Below, in pieces: positions 21,119-29,981 of a DNA stretch of 64,000 nucleotides. Every line of letters begins with the position of its first letter. Position 1 is the first letter of the stretch. The notes below the pieces were generated by a model. That model ran no database searches. It was given only the letters and a program-made list of their open reading frames with translations, and was not told where the DNA came from. The position numbers and the translations under genes were made by a program. Source of the stretch: an uncultured Candidatus Saccharibacteria bacterium (lineage in GTDB: Bacteria > Patescibacteriota > Minisyncoccia > Phycocordibacterales > CAYQYW01); the NCBI GenBank assembly GCA_964421995.1, contig CAYQYW010000005.1:2203-66202 (forward strand), in the 5' to 3' direction.

Positions 21119-21991
21119 ATGAAAATTCTTATCACTGGAGATGCAGGCTTTCTTGCTTCAAGGGTCATGGACGCTTTATTCAAGGCAGGATATGATGTTG
21201 TGGGTTATGATAAAGTTCGTGGGGATGACTTGCTTGATCTAGCACACGTTGAAGACGTGGTAAGCAGTGTTGATGTTGTTTTTCATATTGCCGGGGAAGC
21301 AGATTCAGTAAAAATGAGTAACTCACTTCCTGCTGGCAGAGCGGGTGTTTTAAATAATGTTGATGCGACACACAATATAGCATATGCATGTGCAAAACAT
21401 AGAAAGTGGATTATTTTTTCATCAACCATATGTGTCTATGGTAATTCTACAAAATATGTTGAAATCCCGAGCCCTGTTGGACTATATGCATGTTCGAAGT
21501 ATGTGGCAGAATTACTTATTAAAGGATACGGAAGTAGTCATGGATTGCCTTGGACGATTCAAAGATATTCAACTGTGTATGGTCCTGGTATAAATACTGC
21601 CCTCACACTCCACAAATTTTTTAAGCAGGCCATAAATAATGAACCAATTATGCTTTATGGCGATGGTAATCAGGAAAAAACAATGGTGTATGTTGATGAT
21701 ATGATTCAAGGAATTATTTCAGTTCTTGAGCATCCTGAAGACGCAAAAAATGAAATTTTTAATCTATCAAATACGGTAGCAATTCCAGTTCGACAAATTG
21801 TAGAAGATATTATTGCTATATCCGAGTCCTCTTCAGAAATAGTAATGTCATTAGAACAGGGAAAACAAACTACACATGGAGGATTTACTACTAAAAAGAC
21901 AAAGGATCTTTTACACTGGGAAGCTACTACCTCATGGGAGTATGGTCTCAAAGAAACTTATCATTGGATGAAATCGCACTATGGTAGATAA
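21119..21991 (+). CDS. NAD-dependent epimerase/dehydratase (extended SDR)
   Basis: TGDAGFLA, YACSK, RYSTVYGPG, YGDGNQ. Confidence 0.9.
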   Translation: MKILITGDAGFLASRVMDALFKAGYDVVGYDKVRGDDLLDLAHVEDVVSSVDVVFHIAGEADSVKMSNSLPAGRAGVLNNVDATHNIAYACAKHRKWIIFSSTICVYGNSTKYVEIPSPVGLYACSKYVAELLIKGYGSSHGLPWTIQRYSTVYGPGINTALTLHKFFKQAINNEPIMLYGDGNQEKTMVYVDDMIQGIISVLEHPEDAKNEIFNLSNTVAIPVRQIVEDIIAISESSSEIVMSLEQGKQTTHGGFTTKKTKDLLHWEATTSWEYGLKETYHWMKSHYGR

Positions 21992-23084
21992 ACTATTACT
22001 CAAAGATATACTTGTTAACAAAAAGAAGATTCAGCTTCTTAGTGTTGTATTAAAGAAAGCATACCCAACGTTAGACCAGAAGAAATTTGAAAAAGATATC
22101 GTAAAGAAATTTCCTCAACTTGAACTGAAGGAACGTATTCATTGGATTACCAAAAATATTAAAGAATATTTACCGAATGATTATGAGGTTACGTTACAAA
22201 TACTTATACATTCACTAAAAGATGAAGAACAAACTGATATGTTTGTGTATGCTTCGTATTCAGATTATGTAGAGATGTATGGTAGTGACAAGAAGTATTT
22301 AAAAAAGTCACTAACAGCTCTTGGTGAATTCACGAAACATTTTTCGGCTGAGTTTGCCATTAGACTATTCATCAATAAATTTCCAAAAGAAACATTTGAG
22401 AAAATGCAAAAGTGGTCCATGAGTAAAAATGTTCACCAAAGAAGATTAGCATCAGAAGGATTGCGTCCAAAGCTTCCGTGGGCAGTTGGAATTACATTTG
22501 ATTACAAAAAAGGAGTCAGTGTTCTTGATAATCTCTTCTATGATGCAGAGCGATATGTTACAAGATCAGTTGCAAATCACTTAAATGATATTTCAAAATT
22601 TGATCCTGATTTTGTTGTTCAGATATTAAAGAAATGGAAAAAGTCTAAAAAGCAAAATGATGTTGAAATGAAATACATTATTCAGCATTCTTTGCGAACT
22701 TCTATTAAAAAGGGTCACACGAGTACACTTGCGTTTTTGGGATATAACTCAGATTGTAGTGTTGTGGTAAACAAACTAAAGCTAAAAGAAAAAGAAATTA
22801 AGATAAATGAATCCGTTGAATTTTCGTTTGAAATTGAGGGAAAAAAAGAAGAGAATTTAATTATTGATTATAAGATAATTTACCCCAATCCAACAAATAG
22901 ACACTCAGAGAAAGTTTTTAAGATCAAAACAGCTACGATAAAGAAGGGAGAAAGGTTGGTAGTAGTTAAAAAACACGCATTTAAGGTAATGACTACCAAA
23001 AAATTATACTCAGGTGAATATACGCTAGAAGTACAAATTAATGGTAGGACCTTGGCATCGACTATGTTTAGCCTAGAGGTGTAA
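21981..23084 (+). CDS. HEAT-repeat DNA alkylation repair glycosylase (AlkC/AlkD-like)
   Basis: SAEFAIRLF, RRLASEGLRPKLPW, YVTRSVANHLNDISK, Ig-like C-terminus. Confidence 0.85.
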   Translation: MVDKLLLKDILVNKKKIQLLSVVLKKAYPTLDQKKFEKDIVKKFPQLELKERIHWITKNIKEYLPNDYEVTLQILIHSLKDEEQTDMFVYASYSDYVEMYGSDKKYLKKSLTALGEFTKHFSAEFAIRLFINKFPKETFEKMQKWSMSKNVHQRRLASEGLRPKLPWAVGITFDYKKGVSVLDNLFYDAERYVTRSVANHLNDISKFDPDFVVQILKKWKKSKKQNDVEMKYIIQHSLRTSIKKGHTSTLAFLGYNSDCSVVVNKLKLKEKEIKINESVEFSFEIEGKKEENLIIDYKIIYPNPTNRHSEKVFKIKTATIKKGERLVVVKKHAFKVMTTKKLYSGEYTLEVQINGRTLASTMFSLEV

Positions 23085-23124
23085 CCCTCTTCTTTGGAAG
23101 ATGTTTTCCGTATACAATAAACAA

Positions 23125-23472
23125 ATGAGAACTGCACTACTTATCATTCTTTTTGTACCTGTTGTTGCTTCAGCGCAAGTTATGCAGTGCGACAGTATAC
23201 AGCTAATAGATAACATTATTAAATTTCTTGTAGGGTTAGCTGTTGTGATTGCAACACTTTTCTTTGCTTTTGTTGCTATTAAATATATTACGTCTGGCAC
23301 GAAGCCAGATAAAGTTAGTGAAGCTCATAAAATATTCTTTGATATACTATTTGCTTTAGTAATTGTTCTTATACTATGGTTTACTGCTGATGTGATTCTT
23401 CGGGTGATTCCTATAGAAAATATAGAACGGAGCGGGATAACCCCGTGGTCAGAAGTGATTTGTATAGATTGA
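23125..23472 (+). CDS. Pilin-like membrane protein
   Basis: Signal peptide, two TMs around YITSGTKPDKVSEAHK. Confidence 0.65.
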   Translation: MRTALLIILFVPVVASAQVMQCDSIQLIDNIIKFLVGLAVVIATLFFAFVAIKYITSGTKPDKVSEAHKIFFDILFALVIVLILWFTADVILRVIPIENIERSGITPWSEVICID

Positions 23473-23504
23473 CTAATATTCCCAAAACCCTTATAGTAGT
23501 ACCC

Positions 23505-23672
23505 ATGTCACAGGACAATTTAGTAAAAATGAAATCTACAAAATCAAAGCATATTCTTTGGACCAGTAGAAAGAAGAACGCTGCCAGCGTGCAGTGGCGA
23601 GAGAAGCTTGAATTTATCAAATTTGACCCGACCATACGAAAAAGGGTTTTATTCAAGCAAACAAAGAAATAG
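23505..23672 (+). CDS. rpmG: 50S ribosomal protein bL33 (Cys-free type)
   Basis: KLEFIKFDPTIRKRVLFKQTK. Confidence 0.9.
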   Translation: MSQDNLVKMKSTKSKHILWTSRKKNAASVQWREKLEFIKFDPTIRKRVLFKQTKK

Positions 23673-23712
23673 TCTCACAAGGGACTATTTTTTTGATATA
23701 CTAGAGATTCAC

Positions 23713-23787
23713 GGGCCCATAGTTCAATGGTTAGAATTACGGTTTCCAAAACCGCCGATCGAGGTTCGAATCCTCGTGGGCCCGCCA
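23713..23787 (+). tRNA. tRNA-Trp(CCA)
   Basis: GGGCCCA acceptor, loop TT-CCA-AA, G73, CCA; follows rpmG. Confidence 0.9.
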
Positions 23788-23868
23788 AGAATACTTATTA
23801 TCGGAAGACCCTAAGGCCTTGATATATAAAGTAGCTGGGTCTATATAGACAATTTTTCTATAACTATT

Positions 23869-24216
23869 TTATTTCTTAACCTTATACAACATTCCAAACT
23901 TCTCCAGCTCATCAATCGCAGGTTTTAAGTGAAGCCCTCTTTTTGTAAGTTTGTATTCCACTTTTGGAGGAACAACAGGATATACTTTTCGCTCTATCAG
24001 TCCATCACTCTCAAGTTCTCGAAGAGACTGAATAAGCATTTTATCGGTCACTTTTGAAACTTCATTAATCCCTTTTTTTATCTCTCCATATCGAGCAACT
24101 TTTGCGTCATAGAGAAGCATCCAAACAATAATTCCTTTCCATTTCCCCATAAGCACACTCAAGGTGAGCTGTAGTGGACACACATATTCTTTTTTATTTA
24201 TTCCGTACAGAGTCAT
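23869..24216 (-). CDS. HxlR-family transcriptional regulator
   Basis: CPL..LMGKWK, LRELESDGLIERKVYPVVPPKVEYKLT. Confidence 0.92.
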   Translation of the reverse strand: MTLYGINKKEYVCPLQLTLSVLMGKWKGIIVWMLLYDAKVARYGEIKKGINEVSKVTDKMLIQSLRELESDGLIERKVYPVVPPKVEYKLTKRGLHLKPAIDELEKFGMLYKVKK

Positions 24217-24317
24217 ACTGTCATTATAGTGAGTAGTATACTTTTTTGTGTATATTGCACAATAGATAGGAAATATTTATACTTAGTTATATTAATTACT
24301 CATTAACTAAATGTATT

Positions 24318-24710
24318 ATGCAAAAAACAATCACCGCCTTTGAGATTCCTTCAATAGATTTCGATCGTGCAGTCAAATTTTATAGTGCTGTCTTAGGAGG
24401 AGAGGTTAACATCGTAGACTTTGTAGGTCACGAAGGTCTTAAAAAAGGTATCTTACCCCATGCAGAGGGCGGAATAGCAGGAGCTATTGTTTGCGTACCA
24501 GAATATACAAAGCCAAGCGATCAAGGAGTTAATGTCTATTTATATGTATCTGATCTTGATACTGCACTACAAGAAACTGAAAAGATGGGTGGAAAAATCG
24601 TGGTTCCAAAAACAGATGCTGGAGAGACGGCTACGGGTGAAAAAGCTGGTGAATTTGCATGGATTATAGATAGTGAGGGTAATCGAGTAGCGTTAAATCA
24701 ACCTGAATAA
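24318..24710 (+). CDS. VOC/glyoxalase-family protein
   Basis: FEIPSIDFDRAVKFY, GGKIVVPK, DSEGNRVAL; divergent from HxlR. Confidence 0.9.
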   Translation: MQKTITAFEIPSIDFDRAVKFYSAVLGGEVNIVDFVGHEGLKKGILPHAEGGIAGAIVCVPEYTKPSDQGVNVYLYVSDLDTALQETEKMGGKIVVPKTDAGETATGEKAGEFAWIIDSEGNRVALNQPE

Positions 24711-24737
24711 ATAAGTAGATGTGTATAAGAAATTTTT

Positions 24738-25025
24738 ATGGCAGGATTGAGTTCTGAAAATAAACTGCGAGATATTTACAATATACGTATTGTAAAAATC
24801 TTTGCAAAAAGAATTAAAAAGACATACCCCGCTTTCAATGAGCGTGGTTTTGTTATGGCTATTCAGGCAACATTATAATCACTTAGTTTTGGTGATCGTT
24901 CAAAGGTTGCTATCGGTGAACCACATAAGTGTGATGAACTACGGTAGGTAAAAATAGATGAGCTGCCAGAACCAATGTACTCACAGTTTCCATTGTTTTT
25001 GGAGCGGTATAGAGAGAAGTTTTAA
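24738..25025 (+). pseudogene. Chimeric relic: AlkC/D-like N-terminus fused to a probable NUDIX C-terminus
   Basis: One frame with two internal stops: MAGLSSENKLRDIYN...KKTYPAFNERGF...L*SLSFGDRSKV/AIGEPHKCDELR*VKIDELPEPMYSQFPLFLERYREKF. Confidence 0.55.
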
Positions 25026-25888
25026 ACAAACCTCTCAACCAAAGCATCAATCTCACCAGTCTGATCAACGTAAAACCAGTTAATTAATGGATCTCTCTTG
25101 AACCACGTCTTCTGTCTTTTCGAGAATTGAACGATCTTTGTTTCCAATTCTTCTATCATTTCTTCTTTAGTTATCTTTCCTTGTAGGAATCTAGAAACAT
25201 AGCGGTACTCAAGTCCTAATTGTTCCAGTCTTTCTAGTGATAGGTGGAGACCTTCAACTTCCTCGATCATTCCGTCGTCTATTCTTTTTAGTAGGCGATC
25301 GTGGATTTTTGCTCGTAGGTCATCTGTTTTAATTCCAATTTGAAGTACGTTGTACTTTTTATTTATTGTAAGACTAGGAACCTTACCAAGCGTCTCAACG
25401 ATTTCAAGCGCCCGTATTAATCGTGGCTTGTTATCTCTATCTACAGTCTCTGCTCTATCAGGGTCTTTTTCTTCCAATTCTTCTAACAGTTCATTGATTG
25501 ATTTTTTTTCAAGTTTTTTTCGTAATTTTTTATTTGGCGGAACTTCAGGAATAGACATGTTGTGTATGAGTGCATCTACATAGAAACCAGTACCTCCTGC
25601 GATGATGGGTATATTTCCTCTTTTAGTAATTTCTTCTATTTTTTGCTCTGCAAGTTCCTTGAAGTTGGCTACCGTAAATACATTTTTGGGGTCCTCCACA
25701 TCCAGGAGGTGATGCGGAATACCTCCCATTTCCTTTTTGGTGATTTTTCCGCTTCCAATATCAAGTCCTCGATAGACTTGCCGGGAGTCTGCTGAAATCA
25801 CCTCTCCGTTGAATTTTTTTGCAATATGCACTGCTAGATCACTTTTGCCAGAAGAAGTAGGTCCAATAATTGTAATTATTTTACGCAT
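25022..25888 (-). CDS. miaA: tRNA dimethylallyltransferase
   Basis: GPTSSGKS, ISADSRQVY, GGTGFY, KRQKTWF. Confidence 0.97.
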   Translation of the reverse strand: MRKIITIIGPTSSGKSDLAVHIAKKFNGEVISADSRQVYRGLDIGSGKITKKEMGGIPHHLLDVEDPKNVFTVANFKELAEQKIEEITKRGNIPIIAGGTGFYVDALIHNMSIPEVPPNKKLRKKLEKKSINELLEELEEKDPDRAETVDRDNKPRLIRALEIVETLGKVPSLTINKKYNVLQIGIKTDDLRAKIHDRLLKRIDDGMIEEVEGLHLSLERLEQLGLEYRYVSRFLQGKITKEEMIEELETKIVQFSKRQKTWFKRDPLINWFYVDQTGEIDALVERFV

Positions 25889-25920
25889 AGTGATACTATA
25901 TACAGGATTAGTAAATAAAC
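25856..25920 (+). repeat. 65-bp direct repeat, copy 1
   Basis: agtaggtccaataat...gattagtaaataaac, identical to 26728-26792. Confidence 0.95.
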
Positions 25921-25955
25921 AATATTTTACTTCCTCCAGAATGAAGATTTATGAT

Positions 25956-26636
25956 ATGGATTTACAAGAATTTAAAACTCAATTTATAAAAAATGAACTG
26001 GAGATTACCAATAAATATGGAAAAATATTTTCTTTTATTGATTTTTCAAATGTAAATAATTGGTTTGAAAATGATACACAAGATTGGAATAATAAGCTTA
26101 TAGAAAAAAATGAAAAAATTGGAATTGATATTGCTAAATTAAAAAGATTTTCAGATATTTTTAGTCATAGAGTTAGGACCTACTATGGAGAAGATCCAAA
26201 AAATCCTAAATCTCTTGGTTTTACTCATGTTACAAGAAAGATTTTTAATAGAAGAAACGTTGTCACTAAAGATTTACAAAAAATTAAGCATTATATAGAG
26301 ATTGACAATAAAAAGGAGGAAAAATTTATTACTACAGATAGTGATGGCAATAATTACATAGAAATTCGTAAGTGTAATTTTGACGTTGAGATTTCAGTTG
26401 ACGCAATTAAAATGCTCAATCACTATGATACTTTTTGTATTTTTTCTGGAGATGCAGACTTTGTATACTTGAATAATTTTTTAAAGAAAAAAGGTAAAAA
26501 AGTGATTATTATAAAAGGAGGTTATATAATGACAAAATTAAGAAAATCTGCAAATTTAGTAATTAATGCTCAAAATATTAAAAAACATATAGCAAAAATA
26601 GAAAAAAGACCTGACAAGTCAGGTCTTTTCGGATAG
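25956..26636 (+). CDS. NYN/LabA (PIN-like) domain ribonuclease
   Basis: FIDFSNV, KCNFDVEISVD, FSGDADF acidic motifs; very AT-rich; alternative start 25941. Confidence 0.88.
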   Translation: MDLQEFKTQFIKNELEITNKYGKIFSFIDFSNVNNWFENDTQDWNNKLIEKNEKIGIDIAKLKRFSDIFSHRVRTYYGEDPKNPKSLGFTHVTRKIFNRRNVVTKDLQKIKHYIEIDNKKEEKFITTDSDGNNYIEIRKCNFDVEISVDAIKMLNHYDTFCIFSGDADFVYLNNFLKKKGKKVIIIKGGYIMTKLRKSANLVINAQNIKKHIAKIEKRPDKSGLFG

Positions 26637-26699
26637 TTCTCCCGAATTAACCTCGGGCAGGTATGTGCATAATATATCATGTTTAACTTAGAGAATCAA
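26602..26699 (-). ncRNA. Candidate antisense sRNA with own promoter, convergent on NYN gene 1
   Basis: Minus-strand TTGATT-17-TATATT with extended TG; hairpin 26641-26657; palindrome 26604-26629 plus U-tract. Confidence 0.45.
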
Positions 26700-26727
26700 T
26701 TGTATTCAACAACTTATTACCCTGTGT

Positions 26728-26792
26728 AGTAGGTCCAATAATTGTAATTATTTTACGCATAGTGATACTATATACAGGATTAGTAAATAAAC
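26728..26792 (+). repeat. 65-bp direct repeat, copy 2
   Basis: Identical to 25856-25920. Confidence 0.95.
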
Positions 26793-26804
26793 GATAAAAA
26801 TAAT

Positions 26805-27425
26805 ATGGACGATTATGAAGAAGATTTAATGATGTACCCGCTTCGTGTTGGAGAGATAGTTCCAGACATGGAGTTTGAGGTGTATCACAAGAATGATAGT
26901 AAAAAAATGAGATTCTCAGACTTTGATGGAAAGTGGCTGATTGTCTTTTTCTATCCTGCAGACTTTACCTTTATTTGTCCAACTGAATTAGGAGAAATGG
27001 CAGCTATGTACAAGGATTTTATTAAGGAAGGCGCTGAGGTACTGTCAGTGAGTACTGATACGGTGTACACCCATAAAGCATGGCATGACACTTCAAACAC
27101 AATTAAAAAGATTGAGTTTCCAATGATGGCTGATCCAAGTGGAAAAATTTCACGATTGTTTGGAACATACGTAGAAGAATTTGGAGAAGAACTTGTCGAT
27201 GATGAAGGATTGTCACTTCGAGGGAGTTTTATAATAAGTCCAGAAGGAGTAGTACAATCACTTGAAATTAATGCCAATAATATTGGGAGGAGTGCAAAGG
27301 AATTGTTAAGAAGGCTTCAGGCTGCTAAGTTTGCTGCAGAACATGATGGTCAAGTTTGTCCAGCGGAGTGGCAACCGGGAGATGATACGTTAGAGCCTGG
27401 AATGGATCTCGTAGGAAAGATTTAG
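26805..27425 (+). CDS. ahpC: 2-Cys peroxiredoxin (AhpC type)
   Basis: FYPADFTFICPTE and VCPAEW. Confidence 0.93.
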   Translation: MDDYEEDLMMYPLRVGEIVPDMEFEVYHKNDSKKMRFSDFDGKWLIVFFYPADFTFICPTELGEMAAMYKDFIKEGAEVLSVSTDTVYTHKAWHDTSNTIKKIEFPMMADPSGKISRLFGTYVEEFGEELVDDEGLSLRGSFIISPEGVVQSLEINANNIGRSAKELLRRLQAAKFAAEHDGQVCPAEWQPGDDTLEPGMDLVGKI

Positions 27426-27427
27426 AA

Positions 27428-27451
27428 AAAACACCCCTTACGGGGTGTTTT
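27428..27451. terminator. Bidirectional intrinsic terminator
   Basis: aaaacacccc-ttac-ggggtgtttt. Confidence 0.8.
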
Positions 27452-27457
27452 ACTTTG

Positions 27458-27539
27458 TGCCGCGAGAGAGAATCGAACTCTCACTCCCGAAGGAACACGA
27501 TTTTGAGTCGTGCGCGTCTACCAATTCCGCCACCGCGGC
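27458..27539 (-). tRNA. tRNA-Leu(CAA)
   Basis: CACGA-CT-CAA-AA-TCGTG, variable arm, GAGTTCGATTCTC. Confidence 0.94.
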
Positions 27540-27579
27540 ATACCTGCTAGTTTAGCAAATATGTTATAATAATTCCAAC

Positions 27580-28494
27580 ATGCCACAGCCAAGTCAATTT
27601 CATAGTGATTCAATATTTTGGATTGATGTCGAAAAGATAGCACCTAACCCATATCAGCCACGTCGTGATTTTGATGAGAGCAAACTCCAGAGTCTTTCTG
27701 AATCAATACGACAATACGGCGTTTTACAGCCTATTGTGGTTACTCGTCATGAGACCTTGAGAGATGACGGAAGTCTTGTGGTTGATTATGAGCTTGTTGC
27801 AGGAGAGCGGAGGCACCGTGCATCAAAGTTGGCTGGGATCAGTCAAATTCCTGCAGTGATTAGAAATCCAGACGAATCTGACCAGATGAAACTTGAACTG
27901 GCGATTATTGAAAACATCCAACGAGAAGATTTAAACGCAATTGATCGAGGAAAAGCCTTTGATCAATTAGCAAAGGAGTTTGGATTTAAGCACACACAAA
28001 TTGCAACAAAGGTGGGGAAGAGTAGGGAGTATGTTTCCAACAGCATTAGACTCCTTGCGCTTCCTGAAGAGATACAGCAGTCAGTGGTGGATCAGCAAAT
28101 TTCAGAAGGGCACGCTCGTTCACTTCTCATGTTGGTTGGTAGAGAAGCAGAGCAAACAACATTGTACAAAGAAATTAAATTAAAGAAGTTAACGGTACGA
28201 GAAACAGAGCAAGTTGCACGAAGACTAGCACTTGATAAAGTTAGAAAAAATGATTTATCTGATCCTCGAATACTCCAGTTGGAAGGTGAGTTAACTGAGA
28301 CATTAGGAACTCGAGTACAAATTCAACAAAAGCAAGTTGGAGGACGGGTGGTGATTGAATATTTCTCCCAGGAAGATTTAAAGAATTTGCTAGAGCAAAT
28401 ACAGAAAAGAGATTTATCTGAAGAGATAACCGTGGAGAAAGTAGTGGAAGACTCTGAAGAAGATATGTACTCTATTAAAAACTTCTCTATCTAG
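27580..28494 (+). CDS. parB: ParB/Spo0J partition protein
   Basis: PNPYQPRR, AGERRHRA, ENIQREDL, HTH KSREYVSN. Confidence 0.95.
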   Translation: MPQPSQFHSDSIFWIDVEKIAPNPYQPRRDFDESKLQSLSESIRQYGVLQPIVVTRHETLRDDGSLVVDYELVAGERRHRASKLAGISQIPAVIRNPDESDQMKLELAIIENIQREDLNAIDRGKAFDQLAKEFGFKHTQIATKVGKSREYVSNSIRLLALPEEIQQSVVDQQISEGHARSLLMLVGREAEQTTLYKEIKLKKLTVRETEQVARRLALDKVRKNDLSDPRILQLEGELTETLGTRVQIQQKQVGGRVVIEYFSQEDLKNLLEQIQKRDLSEEITVEKVVEDSEEDMYSIKNFSI

Positions 28495-29956
28495 CTTTGT
28501 TTAGGTACGCGTTTATCTTTCGCTGTGCTACTGATGATTTTGCATAGTCGAGCCACTTCACTGTTGGATGGCTAGATTCTTTTGTAGTGATTTCTACTAT
28601 GTCGCCGTTTTTTAATTTAGTACTAAGGGATACTAATTTACCTCCAATTTTTGCACCACTTAAATGATCTCCAATGGCGGTATGTACTGCATAAGCAAAA
28701 TCAATTGGTGTTGAGTTAATAGGAAGGTCAATGGCATCTCCTGCTGGAGTGAATACAAAGATTCTAAAGTTGAAGAAGTCTGATTTAAGATTTTCAAAAA
28801 ATTCATTAGTGCCAACTTGTTCAAGTGCAGCAATGTCATGTAGCCATGCCGGTGCTTCTGTTGTATCTTCTTTCCGACTCTTTTTTGGAAGAAATTGTTC
28901 AAACCAATTTTGTTGGTCTGGCCGAAGTTCCCTTTTGTATGACATATGAGATGCAATACCATACTGTGCAATCTGATCCATTTCTTCGGTTCGTATTTGA
29001 ATTTCAACTAGTGAGCCATCTCCGATAAAGACGGTAGTATGCAGGCTTTGGTATCCATTAAGTTTTTCGTTTCCAATATAGTCTTTAATCCTTCCTGGAA
29101 GTGGTTTCCAGAGATTATGAACTACACGGAGGACTTTGTAGCAGTCATCTATTGATTGCACAACAATTCTAATTGCAGAAATGTCATAGATTTTATTAAT
29201 GTCATTTCCTTTTCTTTGTAATTTTTTAAATAAACTATAGAGCCCTTTTACTCTAATTTCAGTTCTAAACTTGGTAATATTTACTCGTGCAAGTTCCTTT
29301 TTGACAGACTTAAGTGCCCTATCAAGATGTCGCTCATTTTCCTTACTTTTTTGTTTTCGAAGGAGTAGCACCTCCTTATATTTTATAGGGTGTACATACG
29401 GGAAGGCTAAGTCCTCTAGCTCTTTCCGAAGTGTTCCAATACCAAGTCGCCCCGCAATGGGAGCGTATACCTGAAGTGTTTCAAGAGCGATTCGTTTTCG
29501 TTTATCTTTTCGAACATGCTCAAGTGTTTTCATATTGTGGAGACGGTCTGCAAATTTAATAATGAGAACGCGAACATCTTGTGAAGTTGCAACAAGAAGT
29601 TTTCGAAGACTCTCAATGTGTCGTTCCATACCTCGGTACTTTACTCTTCCAAGCTTCGTAACTCCATTTACAAGAAATAACACCTCGTCCCCAAATAATT
29701 CTTTCACCTCTTCTTCTAGTGCAACTGCATCTTCTACAGAATCGTGAAGTAATCCTGCAACAATAACTTTGCTACTCATTCCGAGTTGTGCCAAGGTTTT
29801 TGCAACTTCTATGGGATGTACAAAATAGGGTTCTCCAGATTTTCGAAAATGTTTATCGTGTGCCCTTTTTCCAAAGTCATATCCACGTGTCACAAATTCC
29901 CTTTCTTTTTTGGTAGGGAAGCTCATCAAATCAATTATCTCGCTGACTGGTGACAT
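28487..29956 (-). CDS. RelA/SpoT (p)ppGpp synthetase/hydrolase (HD-SYN-TGS only)
   Basis: RKSGEPY, LLHDSVED, KFADRLHNM, NGYQSLHT, EIQIRT, DFAYAVHT. Confidence 0.93.
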   Translation of the reverse strand: MSPVSEIIDLMSFPTKKEREFVTRGYDFGKRAHDKHFRKSGEPYFVHPIEVAKTLAQLGMSSKVIVAGLLHDSVEDAVALEEEVKELFGDEVLFLVNGVTKLGRVKYRGMERHIESLRKLLVATSQDVRVLIIKFADRLHNMKTLEHVRKDKRKRIALETLQVYAPIAGRLGIGTLRKELEDLAFPYVHPIKYKEVLLLRKQKSKENERHLDRALKSVKKELARVNITKFRTEIRVKGLYSLFKKLQRKGNDINKIYDISAIRIVVQSIDDCYKVLRVVHNLWKPLPGRIKDYIGNEKLNGYQSLHTTVFIGDGSLVEIQIRTEEMDQIAQYGIASHMSYKRELRPDQQNWFEQFLPKKSRKEDTTEAPAWLHDIAALEQVGTNEFFENLKSDFFNFRIFVFTPAGDAIDLPINSTPIDFAYAVHTAIGDHLSGAKIGGKLVSLSTKLKNGDIVEITTKESSHPTVKWLDYAKSSVAQRKINAYLNKAR

Positions 29957-29981
29957 ATATACCCATTCTACTGTAAAGGTT

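Noticed and set aside
21326-21346. LPAGR peptide resembling palindromic coding-sequence insertions
   Set aside because: The DNA is not a clean palindrome and nothing shows it to be an insertion in the epimerase.
25809-25955. Extended N-terminus of NYN gene 1 in the ORF track
   Set aside because: It overlaps miaA and the 65-bp repeat; the real start is more likely 25941 or 25956.
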